Shown here in pieces: positions 20,160 to 30,395 of a stretch of DNA of 64,000 bases (positions are counted from its first letter, which is position 1; each line of letters starts with the position of its first letter). Origin of the DNA: a virus; the IMG/VR virus record IMGVR_UViG_3300011815_000021, positions 4,828 through 68,827 of that record; one strand, 5' to 3'. The translations under genes were made by a program, and so were the position numbers. Below the pieces are notes generated by a model that was not told where the DNA came from, searched no databases, and was given only the letters and a program-made list of their open reading frames with translations.

Positions 20160-20702
20160 TTATTTCTCAATCTTATTCTTGCTAATTTCCTTAACTAAAG
20201 CATTAACAAACTTTGTATCACTTATGTCACCAATTTTCTTGCCTAATTGCCCTAAACCATCTATATTAGATAAATCAACATCTTTAAATTTATTTTCCAT
20301 AGTTTGTACAAATTTTGTTATTGATTGAAGTAATTCATCTAAACTATCTTTTTTAGTTGATAAAATTTGTTGTTTAATATACTCGATTTTATCTTGTATT
20401 GCATTTATCATAGAGCGATATTGATTAGATAATATAAATTCTTCTTGAGTTTTGGGATGTGATATATATTTATCAATATTTATATCAATACAATCATTAT
20501 ATATTTCTTCAATGTCTTTTCCTTCACTCTTATATCCAAGATAATACGTTGCAAATGATAATTTTAAAAACAAATCATAATTTTCAGGCAAATATACTAT
20601 GTTGCCTTCCTCATTATTTATAAATACTGAATCTACTACACTCTTGATGAAACCACAGTACTCTTGAAAAGTTAATTTATTTTTTATTAAGGTTAATTCC
20701 AT
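20160..20702 (-). CDS. tail-region hypothetical protein (possible tail assembly chaperone)
   Basis: RBS AAGGAG; synteny between tail tube and TMP. Confidence 0.5.
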   Translation of the reverse strand: MELTLIKNKLTFQEYCGFIKSVVDSVFINNEEGNIVYLPENYDLFLKLSFATYYLGYKSEGKDIEEIYNDCIDINIDKYISHPKTQEEFILSNQYRSMINAIQDKIEYIKQQILSTKKDSLDELLQSITKFVQTMENKFKDVDLSNIDGLGQLGKKIGDISDTKFVNALVKEISKNKIEK

Positions 20703-20729
20703 TGTTTAATTCTCCTTTAAGTTCTAATA

Positions 20730-21074
20730 TTAATAATTTAATAGTTTAAAAATTACTCCTGTAAAACTATCTATATCGCTTTGAACAATAACATTTTTTA
20801 GTACAAAATTTGGATAAGTAAATTCCATTATTTCATCTGTAACATTACCATTATCGTCTTGTGTTCTAACTGAAATTTTTCTAATAATATCAACAACTTC
20901 ATTGTTTTTTAATTTTTCTATTAATTCATTATTATAATTATGAGTTTTAATTATAATCGCAATTTTTCCATCACAATGATTATTAATCATTTCGCTAAGT
21001 ACGAATTCTTCTTTTATTGTTTCAATTTTAAATTGAAATTCCCAATCTGAAACATTTCTAGTCACTCTAAGCAT
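20730..21074 (-). CDS. hypothetical protein
   Basis: RBS AAGGAG, 114 aa. Confidence 0.7.
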   Translation of the reverse strand: MLRVTRNVSDWEFQFKIETIKEEFVLSEMINNHCDGKIAIIIKTHNYNNELIEKLKNNEVVDIIRKISVRTQDDNGNVTDEIMEFTYPNFVLKNVIVQSDIDSFTGVIFKLLNY

Positions 21075-21226
21075 ATAATTTATTCTCCTTTAAATTGTAA
21101 AATCTTATATTATAATTTTAATACTGACCTTTTTTACCATGAAAACCGCCACAATTGATATAGTCAACTTTACTAATCAATTTTTTGACTTCTCATTACA
21201 GAAAGTACAATTTTCATATTGCATCG

Positions 21227-21823
21227 TTAATTTTGAATCTCCTTTAAGCATTTAAATTTAATACATTTACCATTTTCTATTTCTTCTAGTATACGACCTT
21301 CTTTTGCTTTGTTTAAAATAGAACATTTACCTTCCTTGTAACGATTGCAATGGATGCAGTTATTTGTAAAGTTACTTAACTGTTCTTGACTTTGGAATAT
21401 TCCAATATAATCAACAGGATAAATGTTAATTTCTATTCTTGGGTTTTTACTATCGTAATAAATGGCATTTACACGTTCACAAACAACATTATCATCAAGC
21501 CAAACGCACTGACTATCTGTAATTGAGTCCAGAAGAAGCTTGAAATAGTTATTGGCATCTTTATCAATTCTGTCAAAATAAAAAACACAGTCACAGTAGA
21601 AGTGTTGTGTTTTATTTGGTATTATATTGAATTGTTGAATTTTTACTTGTTCCTTTATGTATTTAGTGAAATCTTTTTTATACTTTTTTGCTTCTGCTGT
21701 TTCATACATTGTCACTTGTGCCTTACCATTCATTATAAATGGGCGAGGTTTAATATAGTGATTAACGGAGCAGGGGATGGGGGAGGTCAGAGTGAAAATT
21801 GGTTTGGTTTCTATATTACTAAT
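21227..21823 (-). CDS. rusA: RusA-family Holliday junction resolvase, probable ATT start
   Basis: DANNYFKLLLD, DD, NPRIEI motifs; the N-terminal SPIPCSVNHY motif lies upstream of the first ATG, in frame from ATT at 21823 behind AAGAAGGT. Confidence 0.85.
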   Translation of the reverse strand: MSNIETKPIFTLTSPIPCSVNHYIKPRPFIMNGKAQVTMYETAEAKKYKKDFTKYIKEQVKIQQFNIIPNKTQHFYCDCVFYFDRIDKDANNYFKLLLDSITDSQCVWLDDNVVCERVNAIYYDSKNPRIEINIYPVDYIGIFQSQEQLSNFTNNCIHCNRYKEGKCSILNKAKEGRILEEIENGKCIKFKCLKEIQN

Positions 21824-21883
21824 ATCTTTTACCTTCTTTCGTTTTCTAAAATAACTATATTTAAATTTCTATAACTAAAATCT

Positions 21884-22135
21884 TTACAACTCTTCCATAC
21901 TTAAAACAAAATCACCAATTTCTAATTCGTGATTTCTGAACTTTTTAAATAATTCTTGTGATTTATCTCTATCAAATACATAGACAACCTTATATTCATC
22001 TTTTTCATTTTTTGACACGTAAGTCTCAATTTCATTCAAACCATTGGTTTTATATAAAATTATTTGCCACATATTCAGTATGCGGACAACTGAAACGTCA
22101 TATTTCTTTATATTTATAAGATTCATTCCTCTCAT
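21884..22135 (-). CDS. hypothetical protein
   Basis: VVYVFDR...ELFKKF pattern; start uncertain. Confidence 0.6.
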   Translation of the reverse strand: MRGMNLINIKKYDVSVVRILNMWQIILYKTNGLNEIETYVSKNEKDEYKVVYVFDRDKSQELFKKFRNHELEIGDFVLSMEEL

Positions 22136-22252
22136 TCTAATTTGTAAAAAATAGGGTTTATATTAATACTCTAAAATTGAATATTGATATAAACCCTATA
22201 TAATATAATCAATATTCAAATCAAAAAAGAGAGTAGAAACTACTCTCCAGAA

Positions 22253-22447
22253 TTATTTCTTGATACTGTCAACTTCCTTAACTGTATAAGTACCATTATT
22301 TTTTTCTAACTCAACCATCTTGCCTTCATATTTAAGAACATTATCTTTTTTATTAAAAACTATTTCAGTTTTTTCATCATTTAAAGTCACTATAATTGAG
22401 TCATACTCGAAATTACCTACGTTAACCGATTCAACTTTTACTTTCAT
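22253..22447 (-). CDS. hypothetical protein
   Basis: RBS GAGGT, 64 aa. Confidence 0.65.
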   Translation of the reverse strand: MKVKVESVNVGNFEYDSIIVTLNDEKTEIVFNKKDNVLKYEGKMVELEKNNGTYTVKEVDSIKK

Positions 22448-22465
22448 AATATACCTCTAATTAGA

Positions 22466-23263
22466 TTACACCCATCTAGTCATTTGAATTAATGTTGAAC
22501 TTCCTGAAGCTTTCATTATTTCACATTCAAATGTCGTAGGTTGTGGATCTCCTTCTGCTGAAAAGTCTAAGTTTAAAGCACTTGACCATTTTAAGTTTGG
22601 TATAACTACTTGGAATGGCTCATCTTTACCACTATCTCTATTACGAATTACAGTGTTGCCTACTAATTTGTAAGTTCCTGCAAAATGAGATGAATCTATA
22701 ATGTATGTTTCAGTTTCAGCACCGCTTGCAAAAGTATAGTAGGCTACTACTTCAGTAGCAGTAGTAATTGATGGAACTGTTAAAGTTTTTCCAGTTAATG
22801 ATGCACTTGTCATAGAAACTGGTGTTCCACAATCATCATTTGCTTTATATATAAGTATTGAAGTTGCGCCCTCCTTAGGTGTATAACCTAATTCAATTAC
22901 TCCAGAAGCTGTCGCTTTAAGTGGATATAGCTCTCCTTTATCTTTGCCTGTAGCACTGTCATATTCTGTAGCTTGTCTCATATAAACAGTTTGCGCTCCT
23001 TTAGACGTAGCAACACCTGAAACTAATTCAAGAGATTTAGGCGATAACAAAGCATCAGTTACCGTTAATTTGGCATCTTTATTTAATTCCCAAGTTATTA
23101 ATTTAGAATTACCTTTACCACCCCTTGCATACACCTTTTCTGAAGTTACTTCAATTCCCGAAGTCTTCAATGTGTCAAAAAATATAATAGGTTTGTTAGT
23201 ACTCATATCATATAAAATAACATCCATGACTTCTTTAGCCCCGAACTTTGTATTTGCGCCCAT
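22466..23263 (-). CDS. major tail tube protein
   Basis: KFGAKEVMDV, YARGGKGNSKLI.W, FSAEGDP; strong RBS; position like SPbeta yomU. Confidence 0.85.
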   Translation of the reverse strand: MGANTKFGAKEVMDVILYDMSTNKPIIFFDTLKTSGIEVTSEKVYARGGKGNSKLITWELNKDAKLTVTDALLSPKSLELVSGVATSKGAQTVYMRQATEYDSATGKDKGELYPLKATASGVIELGYTPKEGATSILIYKANDDCGTPVSMTSASLTGKTLTVPSITTATEVVAYYTFASGAETETYIIDSSHFAGTYKLVGNTVIRNRDSGKDEPFQVVIPNLKWSSALNLDFSAEGDPQPTTFECEIMKASGSSTLIQMTRWV

Positions 23264-23310
23264 TTTAAATCCTCCTTTAATTTGTATAAAAATAAAAATA
23301 GGCTCAAAGC

Positions 23311-24126
23311 CTATTCTTCATCTTGTTTTTTTATCTTTGTTAACCAATGTTGTAGTTTAACATCCTCACTTTTTGCACCAGCTAATAAGAATCTTATATT
23401 TACTTGATAATCTTCCATAATTTTTAATCGATTAAATTGATCATTAAATTGATAGATATCGTATTTTTTATAAACATCTTGTAATGGCATGGTCTTAGCT
23501 TCAGCAAATATACTTATTAAGTCAGCAATCGTAAGAGATGAATCATCTTCATTGTCTTTATTTTTGCTTTTTCTTAATTTTTCTCGTAATTTTTTACGCT
23601 TTTCTAACAACATTCTAGCCATTTCATTTGAAGGGTTGTCTTTATCTATTTCCTCATCAGCATCGTTTAAACAATTTCTATAGCGTAAAAATTCTCTAAA
23701 AGTTTCATAATTACTTTCATTTAAATAAAAATATTTATCATCGTCACTAATACTATTTTTATTTTCAATAATAAAACCATTATCTATATCAAAACTAACG
23801 TTGCTTTGAAAAATAAGCATTAAAAAAGAAGGTAATGAAAGGAATAAAAAACTATCAATGTCTTCTTCAAGGAAATCTCCATTTCTAATTTTTGTAATTT
23901 CATCTAAAATACTATAGTAAATTAAATTGTATGTACTGTTATCAATATTCTCTTTAAAATATTGTTTAGTATCTTCATCTCTTAAAGTTAAAATATTTAA
24001 CAGTCTTTGACTTTTAGAATAACCAAATTCAGTCATTTGATCTAATGTTAATCTATGTATGGGGATGTTACCGCAAAATAGAATACTGCCATTTAGCAAT
24101 TTCATTTCTAAATCTAATTTATCCAT
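23311..24126 (-). CDS. tail-region protein (yomV-like position)
   Basis: IYQFNDQFNRL...LAGAK...HW C-terminus. Confidence 0.65.
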   Translation of the reverse strand: MDKLDLEMKLLNGSILFCGNIPIHRLTLDQMTEFGYSKSQRLLNILTLRDEDTKQYFKENIDNSTYNLIYYSILDEITKIRNGDFLEEDIDSFLFLSLPSFLMLIFQSNVSFDIDNGFIIENKNSISDDDKYFYLNESNYETFREFLRYRNCLNDADEEIDKDNPSNEMARMLLEKRKKLREKLRKSKNKDNEDDSSLTIADLISIFAEAKTMPLQDVYKKYDIYQFNDQFNRLKIMEDYQVNIRFLLAGAKSEDVKLQHWLTKIKKQDEE

Positions 24127-24132
24127 AAACAC

Positions 24133-24609
24133 CTATAAATTTTTATCTACATTAAAATCAGATGCAGAGTAGGTAAGTGTTCTACCATAATATTGTTTTT
24201 CACTATTAAATAAGCCAACATCCTCTAACTTTAATCTGCCTATTCCAAAATCTCTTGAGGTATCTAACATTTTATCAAGAATATCAGATAATATGTCTGT
24301 TCTTGTACCTACATATCCTTTTTTACTATAGTTCATTAGTGATTTATGAGTAAAAACCCATATAATAATTTTTAGATTTTTAATACTAAAGTTTGGAACT
24401 TTAGGGATAACTACGTCTACACAAATATATGATTTTGCTGTTTGCTGTGTCTCAGGGACATATAAATATGGGAAAATATGTTCATCTAATAGATCATCAA
24501 CTATTTCTACGTTATAGTTCTTACCAAGTAATATTTCTTTTATATCATCAGAATTTCTAATTTTAGTAAAGATGGTATACTTGTATGAACCCAATTCCTT
24601 TAAATACAT
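24133..24609 (-). CDS. putative tail terminator/completion protein
   Basis: IFPYLYVP, RTDILSD...FGIG.L; synteny. Confidence 0.6.
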   Translation of the reverse strand: MYLKELGSYKYTIFTKIRNSDDIKEILLGKNYNVEIVDDLLDEHIFPYLYVPETQQTAKSYICVDVVIPKVPNFSIKNLKIIIWVFTHKSLMNYSKKGYVGTRTDILSDILDKMLDTSRDFGIGRLKLEDVGLFNSEKQYYGRTLTYSASDFNVDKNL

Positions 24610-24623
24610 AAATGCCACATCCT

Positions 24624-25598
24624 TTACAAATCAACAATTGTTAATTGAATAGATTTTGAAATATTAGAGTAACTATCTGTTACTGTTAAAGTTATTATTT
24701 CTCCACCTAAATTAACATCGTTTGTTTTTATTTTTATTTCATTATTTGTCGTAATTATATCGAAACTATTTGTATACTTATCAAATGTCCAAACTGGTGT
24801 TATTGATACTATATTATTATTGTTATCTAATAACTTTGCTGTAAATGTCTTAAAATTACCACCAATTTTTAATGTTGAATTTCCTAAATATTCAATCTCC
24901 ATAAGCCAACCACTAACATCTCCACCAGGAGAAGTAGGGGATATATAGTCACACAACATTAAATCAGGTCTGTCATTGTCATTACTCGTTATATCTTCAG
25001 TAACAATTAATTTTAAACAGCCCTTACCATTTCTAACATAAGAAGTAGTGTCAGCACGTGTTAATTTGTAGGCAGTTGGATTAATCGTATTGTTATCAAT
25101 AAAGAATCTCTTACCACGTCTTAATTTAATAGTATCAATATCGAAGGGTAGAGTAAGCATTAATTGATCTGAACCTAATATCAATGTCTTATTACCATTT
25201 TCACCATTATTATAAGCACTAGCATTTTGTGACACTATATGTCTTTCAATTATTTTCCCATTTTTATCTTGCCATTTTAGTAAATAGGTACATTCTTGCA
25301 TTTTACCATCTGTATAAACTTCATCATCTGCATCTGCATTTAAAATTATCCATTTTACATCTGACCAATCTATAATATCACCACCATAGAAAGTTTCATT
25401 TGGTAATGATTTTATTTTTTTGTAATAGGTTTGAGTATCTGAATCTATAATAAGTTTTTGAGGAACCCCATTAATTAAAACATCTTTGCAAGATAAATTA
25501 TCTTTTGCTGTATTGTTAAGTGTATTTTTAAGATTATTTGAAAACCTTTCTCGTGGAGTAGAGCCATGAAGATTAATTCTTGCAGAATATCTATCCAT
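24624..25598 (-). CDS. putative head-tail joining protein with C-terminal Ig-like domain
   Basis: ECTYLLKWQD; LKIGGNFKTFTA; synteny. Confidence 0.6.
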   Translation of the reverse strand: MDRYSARINLHGSTPRERFSNNLKNTLNNTAKDNLSCKDVLINGVPQKLIIDSDTQTYYKKIKSLPNETFYGGDIIDWSDVKWIILNADADDEVYTDGKMQECTYLLKWQDKNGKIIERHIVSQNASAYNNGENGNKTLILGSDQLMLTLPFDIDTIKLRRGKRFFIDNNTINPTAYKLTRADTTSYVRNGKGCLKLIVTEDITSNDNDRPDLMLCDYISPTSPGGDVSGWLMEIEYLGNSTLKIGGNFKTFTAKLLDNNNNIVSITPVWTFDKYTNSFDIITTNNEIKIKTNDVNLGGEIITLTVTDSYSNISKSIQLTIVDL

Positions 25599-25926
25599 TT
25601 TCCACCTCCACAAAATATTTGTTTTTAATAGAATCTAGTATTCTGATACACTTAAATACTTCTTTTTTACAAATGGCAACAGAATATTTTTCAGAAATCA
25701 AATACTGTAATGTATTTAAAACAGTAATAAATTGTGGCTCATCTACTAAAATATCAACTAAATCTTTATTCCCAACTAATTCTCTTAAATAACTTTCAAG
25801 ATATGATTGTAGAGTAGTGGAGTCTTCTTCTTTTAATGGCAATATTTTATAAGTCTTATTTATAAGAAATTCAAAATACCTACAAAAACTTTCTTTCGGT
25901 ATAAGACCATATTTTACTTCAATCAT
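25591..25926 (-). CDS. neck-region hypothetical protein
   Basis: KILPLKEE, KKEVFKCI; overlapping gene junctions. Confidence 0.6.
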   Translation of the reverse strand: MIEVKYGLIPKESFCRYFEFLINKTYKILPLKEEDSTTLQSYLESYLRELVGNKDLVDILVDEPQFITVLNTLQYLISEKYSVAICKKEVFKCIRILDSIKNKYFVEVENG

Positions 25927-26360
25927 GTTCTCAATCCCTTCATGTCTGCAATTATATAAGAGTATTCATTCATAGTACTTTTTGCATATTTTCTACCCAT
26001 GTCATATCTGTTTCCTATTTTTTCTAATAAATTAGCAGGCGAGTACATAGAAAAATCTTTTGTGTTTAGTTGATTTCTTAAATTTTCAAGATTATTTACA
26101 TAAGGTTCTAGCCAAAATACTACCATCCATTCTGTTATAATATCAATAATTTCATCGGGTAACTCATTCTCAAATTCTAATTCACCCTTTTGAGACAAGT
26201 CAACAATTGGTTTAACTATTCTTTTACATTTAGTAATTGCCTTATTCATTAACGCGAACAGTATTTCATTTTGTAATTCATCTGAAAATGTAATTAAATC
26301 TGGGTCTGTAATTTTATCTTTAAATTCTGAAATAACATGATTATAAGTTGTGTTCATCAT
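25923..26360 (-). CDS. putative head-tail adaptor
   Basis: M...WL...LNTKDFSMYSPANLL; synteny. Confidence 0.65.
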   Translation of the reverse strand: MMNTTYNHVISEFKDKITDPDLITFSDELQNEILFALMNKAITKCKRIVKPIVDLSQKGELEFENELPDEIIDIITEWMVVFWLEPYVNNLENLRNQLNTKDFSMYSPANLLEKIGNRYDMGRKYAKSTMNEYSYIIADMKGLRT

Positions 26361-26378
26361 AGCACCTCCATGCAGTTA

Positions 26379-26990
26379 CTAATTTCTTGTAAACTCTACT
26401 TTGAGTGCTTCAGACAAAACATCTATCTTTTTATTAGAATCGAGTATTCCATCGTTAATCATTGATTGAGCTTTAACAGCTATACATTCCTTCATTCCAA
26501 CAGATAATTTTGCTATTTCTTTAATCATCTCATTTGGTGTTAATGTAAAAAATGAATCAATATCTTCTGGTGTGTATACATTTTCATAGTATTTATCTAC
26601 TTTTAAAAACTTATATATATCGTCACAAGAGTATTCATCAGTATCACCTATTACAATCCAATTATCTTTATAAAATCTGAGGTCAGTATTTCTCATTGAT
26701 AATAATTCACCAATTTCCATATATTCAGTCATTCCATACTCAACCCATTCAACAGAATAACCTTGTGATTTTTTAGATACAAATATTAAATTACCTGTAT
26801 AATTACTTGTAACTGGCACTTCTAAATCAAGTGGGATTTTCTTTAATGTATTTGATTTTTCAGATTTGGGAATATTACTTTCATACTCAGCCCTAATTTT
26901 TTCTTCTAACTCAGCTTTGATTTTTGCCTCTAGTTTAATTTTATCATCAGCTTCTTTTTGAGCTCTTTGCTCCTTTGTTAAATTTGCCAT
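26379..26990 (-). CDS. head-associated protein (yonA-like position)
   Basis: Follows capsid; ELLSMRNT..FYKDNWI. Confidence 0.6.
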   Translation of the reverse strand: MANLTKEQRAQKEADDKIKLEAKIKAELEEKIRAEYESNIPKSEKSNTLKKIPLDLEVPVTSNYTGNLIFVSKKSQGYSVEWVEYGMTEYMEIGELLSMRNTDLRFYKDNWIVIGDTDEYSCDDIYKFLKVDKYYENVYTPEDIDSFFTLTPNEMIKEIAKLSVGMKECIAVKAQSMINDGILDSNKKIDVLSEALKVEFTRN

Positions 26991-27070
26991 TTTATATTAT
27001 CCTTTCATTCTCGTGTTTATTTATGTAGAGGACTGATTAAAATAATAAATCCTCTACATAACATTAAATA

Positions 27071-28069
27071 TTAAGACAATTTGTATATTCCAAATTGCTC
27101 ACTCATTATTACCTTTAGACCGTATCTCATAGCCATTAAATAATCTTGAGATAAATCAGCATTTGAAGTTGGATCTCCCGGAATTATAAGAGTGTCACCT
27201 TCTGTAACAAATTTTACAAACTTTTCATCACTAGCAACTATATATAAATCATTACCAAGTACAAAGTCTGTAGAGTCTACTTTATGTCCATTTTGCATTA
27301 CTATAATAGGAGTTGTATAAAAGTGTCCAAAGTATCCCATTGCATACAAATCTTCTTTTGCGCTGCTAGAATCTGCACCTTTAACACCTGAAATTTTTCT
27401 TACTGCTTGTTTAGAACCTAAGATAGCAGCCTTCATTCCTGTAGCAGCTTCTACATGGTCTATGATTTCAACAAGTTTATCTTCAGCAAAAGAACCAGCA
27501 CTACCATTTGTATATGGTGATACAAGTCCATCAAAACCTGCAACTACAGCAGTATACATATCATTAGACATTTTCTTTTGGAAAGCCTCTGACACTTTGT
27601 CTATAAATGAATTAAAATCAACTCTACCTGCAAGAATACGTCTAAGTTCTTCGTATATTTTAATTCCTTTTAATTGAGTTTTAATTGTAATTTCTTCTCC
27701 GCCTGTCAATCTTTGTCTACGAAGACCTTGAGTACCATCAGCTATATCAGAAACAATAAATATACCATTGTCTCTTAATTCGAATACATTTGTGTCTCCC
27801 TCTTTTAAATTTCTAAAATCTACATAATTAAAAAGAGGACAACTTTCAGGTAGTCCTTCAATAACAGTTTTATTTATAATTTCTTCTAATATAGCAAATA
27901 ATCCATTGCATTTACCATCTCTGATTGCTTTGTAATCTAACTTTGTAGAACCATTATTTGCCTCTATAAGTGATTGACGTAATACTTCCATAGAGTCATC
28001 TACAGAATAATTCCCAGCAATATGACCTTTATAAGCATCAACTGCTAATTTTATAATATTCTTATCCAT
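27071..28069 (-). CDS. major capsid protein
   Basis: 332 aa; FAILEEII, VDFRNLKEGDTN.F, KIYEELRRILAGR; synteny. Confidence 0.88.
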   Translation of the reverse strand: MDKNIIKLAVDAYKGHIAGNYSVDDSMEVLRQSLIEANNGSTKLDYKAIRDGKCNGLFAILEEIINKTVIEGLPESCPLFNYVDFRNLKEGDTNVFELRDNGIFIVSDIADGTQGLRRQRLTGGEEITIKTQLKGIKIYEELRRILAGRVDFNSFIDKVSEAFQKKMSNDMYTAVVAGFDGLVSPYTNGSAGSFAEDKLVEIIDHVEAATGMKAAILGSKQAVRKISGVKGADSSSAKEDLYAMGYFGHFYTTPIIVMQNGHKVDSTDFVLGNDLYIVASDEKFVKFVTEGDTLIIPGDPTSNADLSQDYLMAMRYGLKVIMSEQFGIYKLS

Positions 28070-28103
28070 ATTTTATTTACCTTCCTTTCGATATTTATCT
28101 AAA

Positions 28104-28601
28104 TTATTGTACTTCTACAACGTAGTAAGTAAATCTACCACATTTTTCAATAGCTATTACTTTACCTACTTGTGTAGAGCCAGCAGTAGCAGTAGCAACA
28201 ACTTTTCCTTTTGTGCCAGCTTGCAATTCTACTAAATTTCCAACTGTAGGAACTGAACTCAACGCTTCTGCTGTCACAGAGAATATATCCCCTTGTTGAA
28301 GTATACCAACTGTAATTACAGTATCAACCTCGTTTTCAAAAGTATCTAATCCATGATATCCTGTTTCTGAATACTCAACCTCTGGAGTTTTTACGATGCC
28401 AAAATATGTAGTGTTAACAGCAGGAGTAGTTGCCAAATGAATTTCTCTTTGACCACTCATTAATCCGCCTATTGCTACTAAATTACCATTTTCAATTTTA
28501 GTTGCTGTAGAACCACTTCCCATATATTTTGCACTTTTTAATAATGCAGGGTTCTTTGTAAATGCACAATTATCTGCTCTGAATATTGCTTTACTTGCCA
28601 T
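28104..28601 (-). CDS. capsid decoration/cement-like protein
   Basis: IENGNLVAIG, GDIFSVT; directly upstream of MCP. Confidence 0.7.
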   Translation of the reverse strand: MASKAIFRADNCAFTKNPALLKSAKYMGSGSTATKIENGNLVAIGGLMSGQREIHLATTPAVNTTYFGIVKTPEVEYSETGYHGLDTFENEVDTVITVGILQQGDIFSVTAEALSSVPTVGNLVELQAGTKGKVVATATAGSTQVGKVIAIEKCGRFTYYVVEVQ

Positions 28602-28621
28602 AATTAAAATTCCTCACTTTC

Positions 28622-30163
28622 TTATTTGTTTTTAAATTTTTCCATTAAACCACCATAAGGCTTTTCTTCATCATTAGCTTGTCTTTCATCTATAGAGAAC
28701 TTTATGCCTTCTGGTTTAATCACGTTTTTATCTTTTTCTGACTTTTTATTTGCTCTAGCATAAAGACCAACGATACATAAACATTCTTTTCTTAAATTTT
28801 CAATAGAATAGTCTTTTGAGTTTTTCTTTAATTCTGCAAATTCATCAGTTCCACCAATTTCTTCTTCATATTCTGTAAATAATGATGTTTCAGCATCTTC
28901 TCTTTCGTGTTTTTCTTTTTGCTCTTTATATTCATTTAACACTTCAAAATCAGAATTAGAATAAGAATGATTTTCTTTATATTCTGAATACTCAGTAGAA
29001 ATTGCATCATAATTAGCACGATCTTCATCTAATTTTGCTTTTTCATCTAGTGTAAGCCACACTCTAACCATTTCTTCAAATTCACTAGAAACAGTAGCAG
29101 TCATACTAGATTCATCAAATGTGTACGAAAATCTTCCGTGTTTACAATCATATCCATCTTTTGTCCAATGGTCTTTTTCAACAAATACATATTCATCTGA
29201 AAAATCAGCAATCCAAAAATATGTTTCCTCAACATAGTTACCACTTGCATCTTTTACAATAATTGGTGATAAAACATTATTAAGTGCTTCTCTTTTTTGA
29301 TTGTATGTAGCTGAAAATGCTACAGGTTCAACTTTATTTTCTCCAAATAATTCTTCCATTTTTATATTTAAATCTTCAATTGACATTTCATCAATAGAGA
29401 AATCTAAATCTTGAACAGACTTTCCATATTTTTGGAGAAGTAAAATTTTTTCATCCAAATTTTTACCTCCTTGATTATCCTTGTTATTTAAACAGAAACT
29501 TAATTGTTCTTTCATTTCTTTCATTAATATTGAAAACTCATCAGCATTTAGATTATATGAAGCTGGTCTTACTGAAGCACTTGGAAATGCCGGAGTTACA
29601 TTAAATTTAGGGTCTGCTGATTTATTAAGTAAACAGAGTGCATCAAACGAAAAATCAATAATATCCGTATAAATAGGGTCATCTTTTAACTTTTCTGCTT
29701 TAGAAAATAAGATTTCCATACTTTGATTAAAATAAATTTTATCGCTATATATTGCTTCTGATAACTCAGGGTATCTGCCAATCCACAAAATAACATCAGT
29801 TACTAGATATGTAGACTTTGTACCATTTTCTTCCTCAACATCTTCATATATAGGTGTTTCAGATGGAATCGCTACGCCAAATGGAACACATAAACTTTTT
29901 AATGTTAGTGTTCCAATATCTAACTTCATATCATGACCACCTAAATAATGGTTTCCATTATCATCACTCATCAGGTGTCCGATTACAGGAATAAATGATA
30001 GGGTAGAGTAAGCCTTATCTACATTTTCTTTACTGAAATGAGATTTATTAGCGTTCTTACCTAGTGCCATAACATAACACTTAGCTTTTAGAAAATTTTC
30101 ATTTATTTTTTCAAATGAACGTAGTTTTGCATTAAATAACAAAGACATTTTATTATCTTCCAA
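28622..30163 (-). CDS. prohead protease/scaffold-like protein (yonD-like)
   Basis: GKNANKS, IPVIG, QSMEI, FSFDALCLL..PAF; acidic coiled-coil C-terminus. Confidence 0.8.
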   Translation of the reverse strand: MEDNKMSLLFNAKLRSFEKINENFLKAKCYVMALGKNANKSHFSKENVDKAYSTLSFIPVIGHLMSDDNGNHYLGGHDMKLDIGTLTLKSLCVPFGVAIPSETPIYEDVEEENGTKSTYLVTDVILWIGRYPELSEAIYSDKIYFNQSMEILFSKAEKLKDDPIYTDIIDFSFDALCLLNKSADPKFNVTPAFPSASVRPASYNLNADEFSILMKEMKEQLSFCLNNKDNQGGKNLDEKILLLQKYGKSVQDLDFSIDEMSIEDLNIKMEELFGENKVEPVAFSATYNQKREALNNVLSPIIVKDASGNYVEETYFWIADFSDEYVFVEKDHWTKDGYDCKHGRFSYTFDESSMTATVSSEFEEMVRVWLTLDEKAKLDEDRANYDAISTEYSEYKENHSYSNSDFEVLNEYKEQKEKHEREDAETSLFTEYEEEIGGTDEFAELKKNSKDYSIENLRKECLCIVGLYARANKKSEKDKNVIKPEGIKFSIDERQANDEEKPYGGLMEKFKNK

Positions 30164-30182
30164 ATCTTTTGACCTCCTTTCT

Positions 30183-30383
30183 TTAGAATCGCAAAGTGTT
30201 TTCTAATAAGAAGTCTTTTCCTTCAAAATTACTTTGTAGATAAGACAAAAGTTCTTTTGAAACACAAAAAACATAAAGAGTATTAGTCCCTATGTTTTCT
30301 AGCATATATTCAAAACCCATTGATTTAAGCTTGTTTGCTTTATCTTGGTCGAATATCTTTATTAAATTTTTATTACTGTCCAT
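30183..30383 (-). CDS. hypothetical protein
   Basis: 66 aa between portal and scaffold. Confidence 0.65.
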   Translation of the reverse strand: MDSNKNLIKIFDQDKANKLKSMGFEYMLENIGTNTLYVFCVSKELLSYLQSNFEGKDFLLENTLRF

Positions 30384-30395
30384 TTACTCATTCAC

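Noticed and set aside
19723..21074. Programmed frameshift tail-assembly-chaperone pair
   Set aside because: The genes have their own starts, and I found no convincing slippery site or overlap.
21120..21224. Tiny frameshifted Cys-containing ORF after rusA
   Set aside because: Only ~35 codons even if joined; cannot be distinguished from chance.
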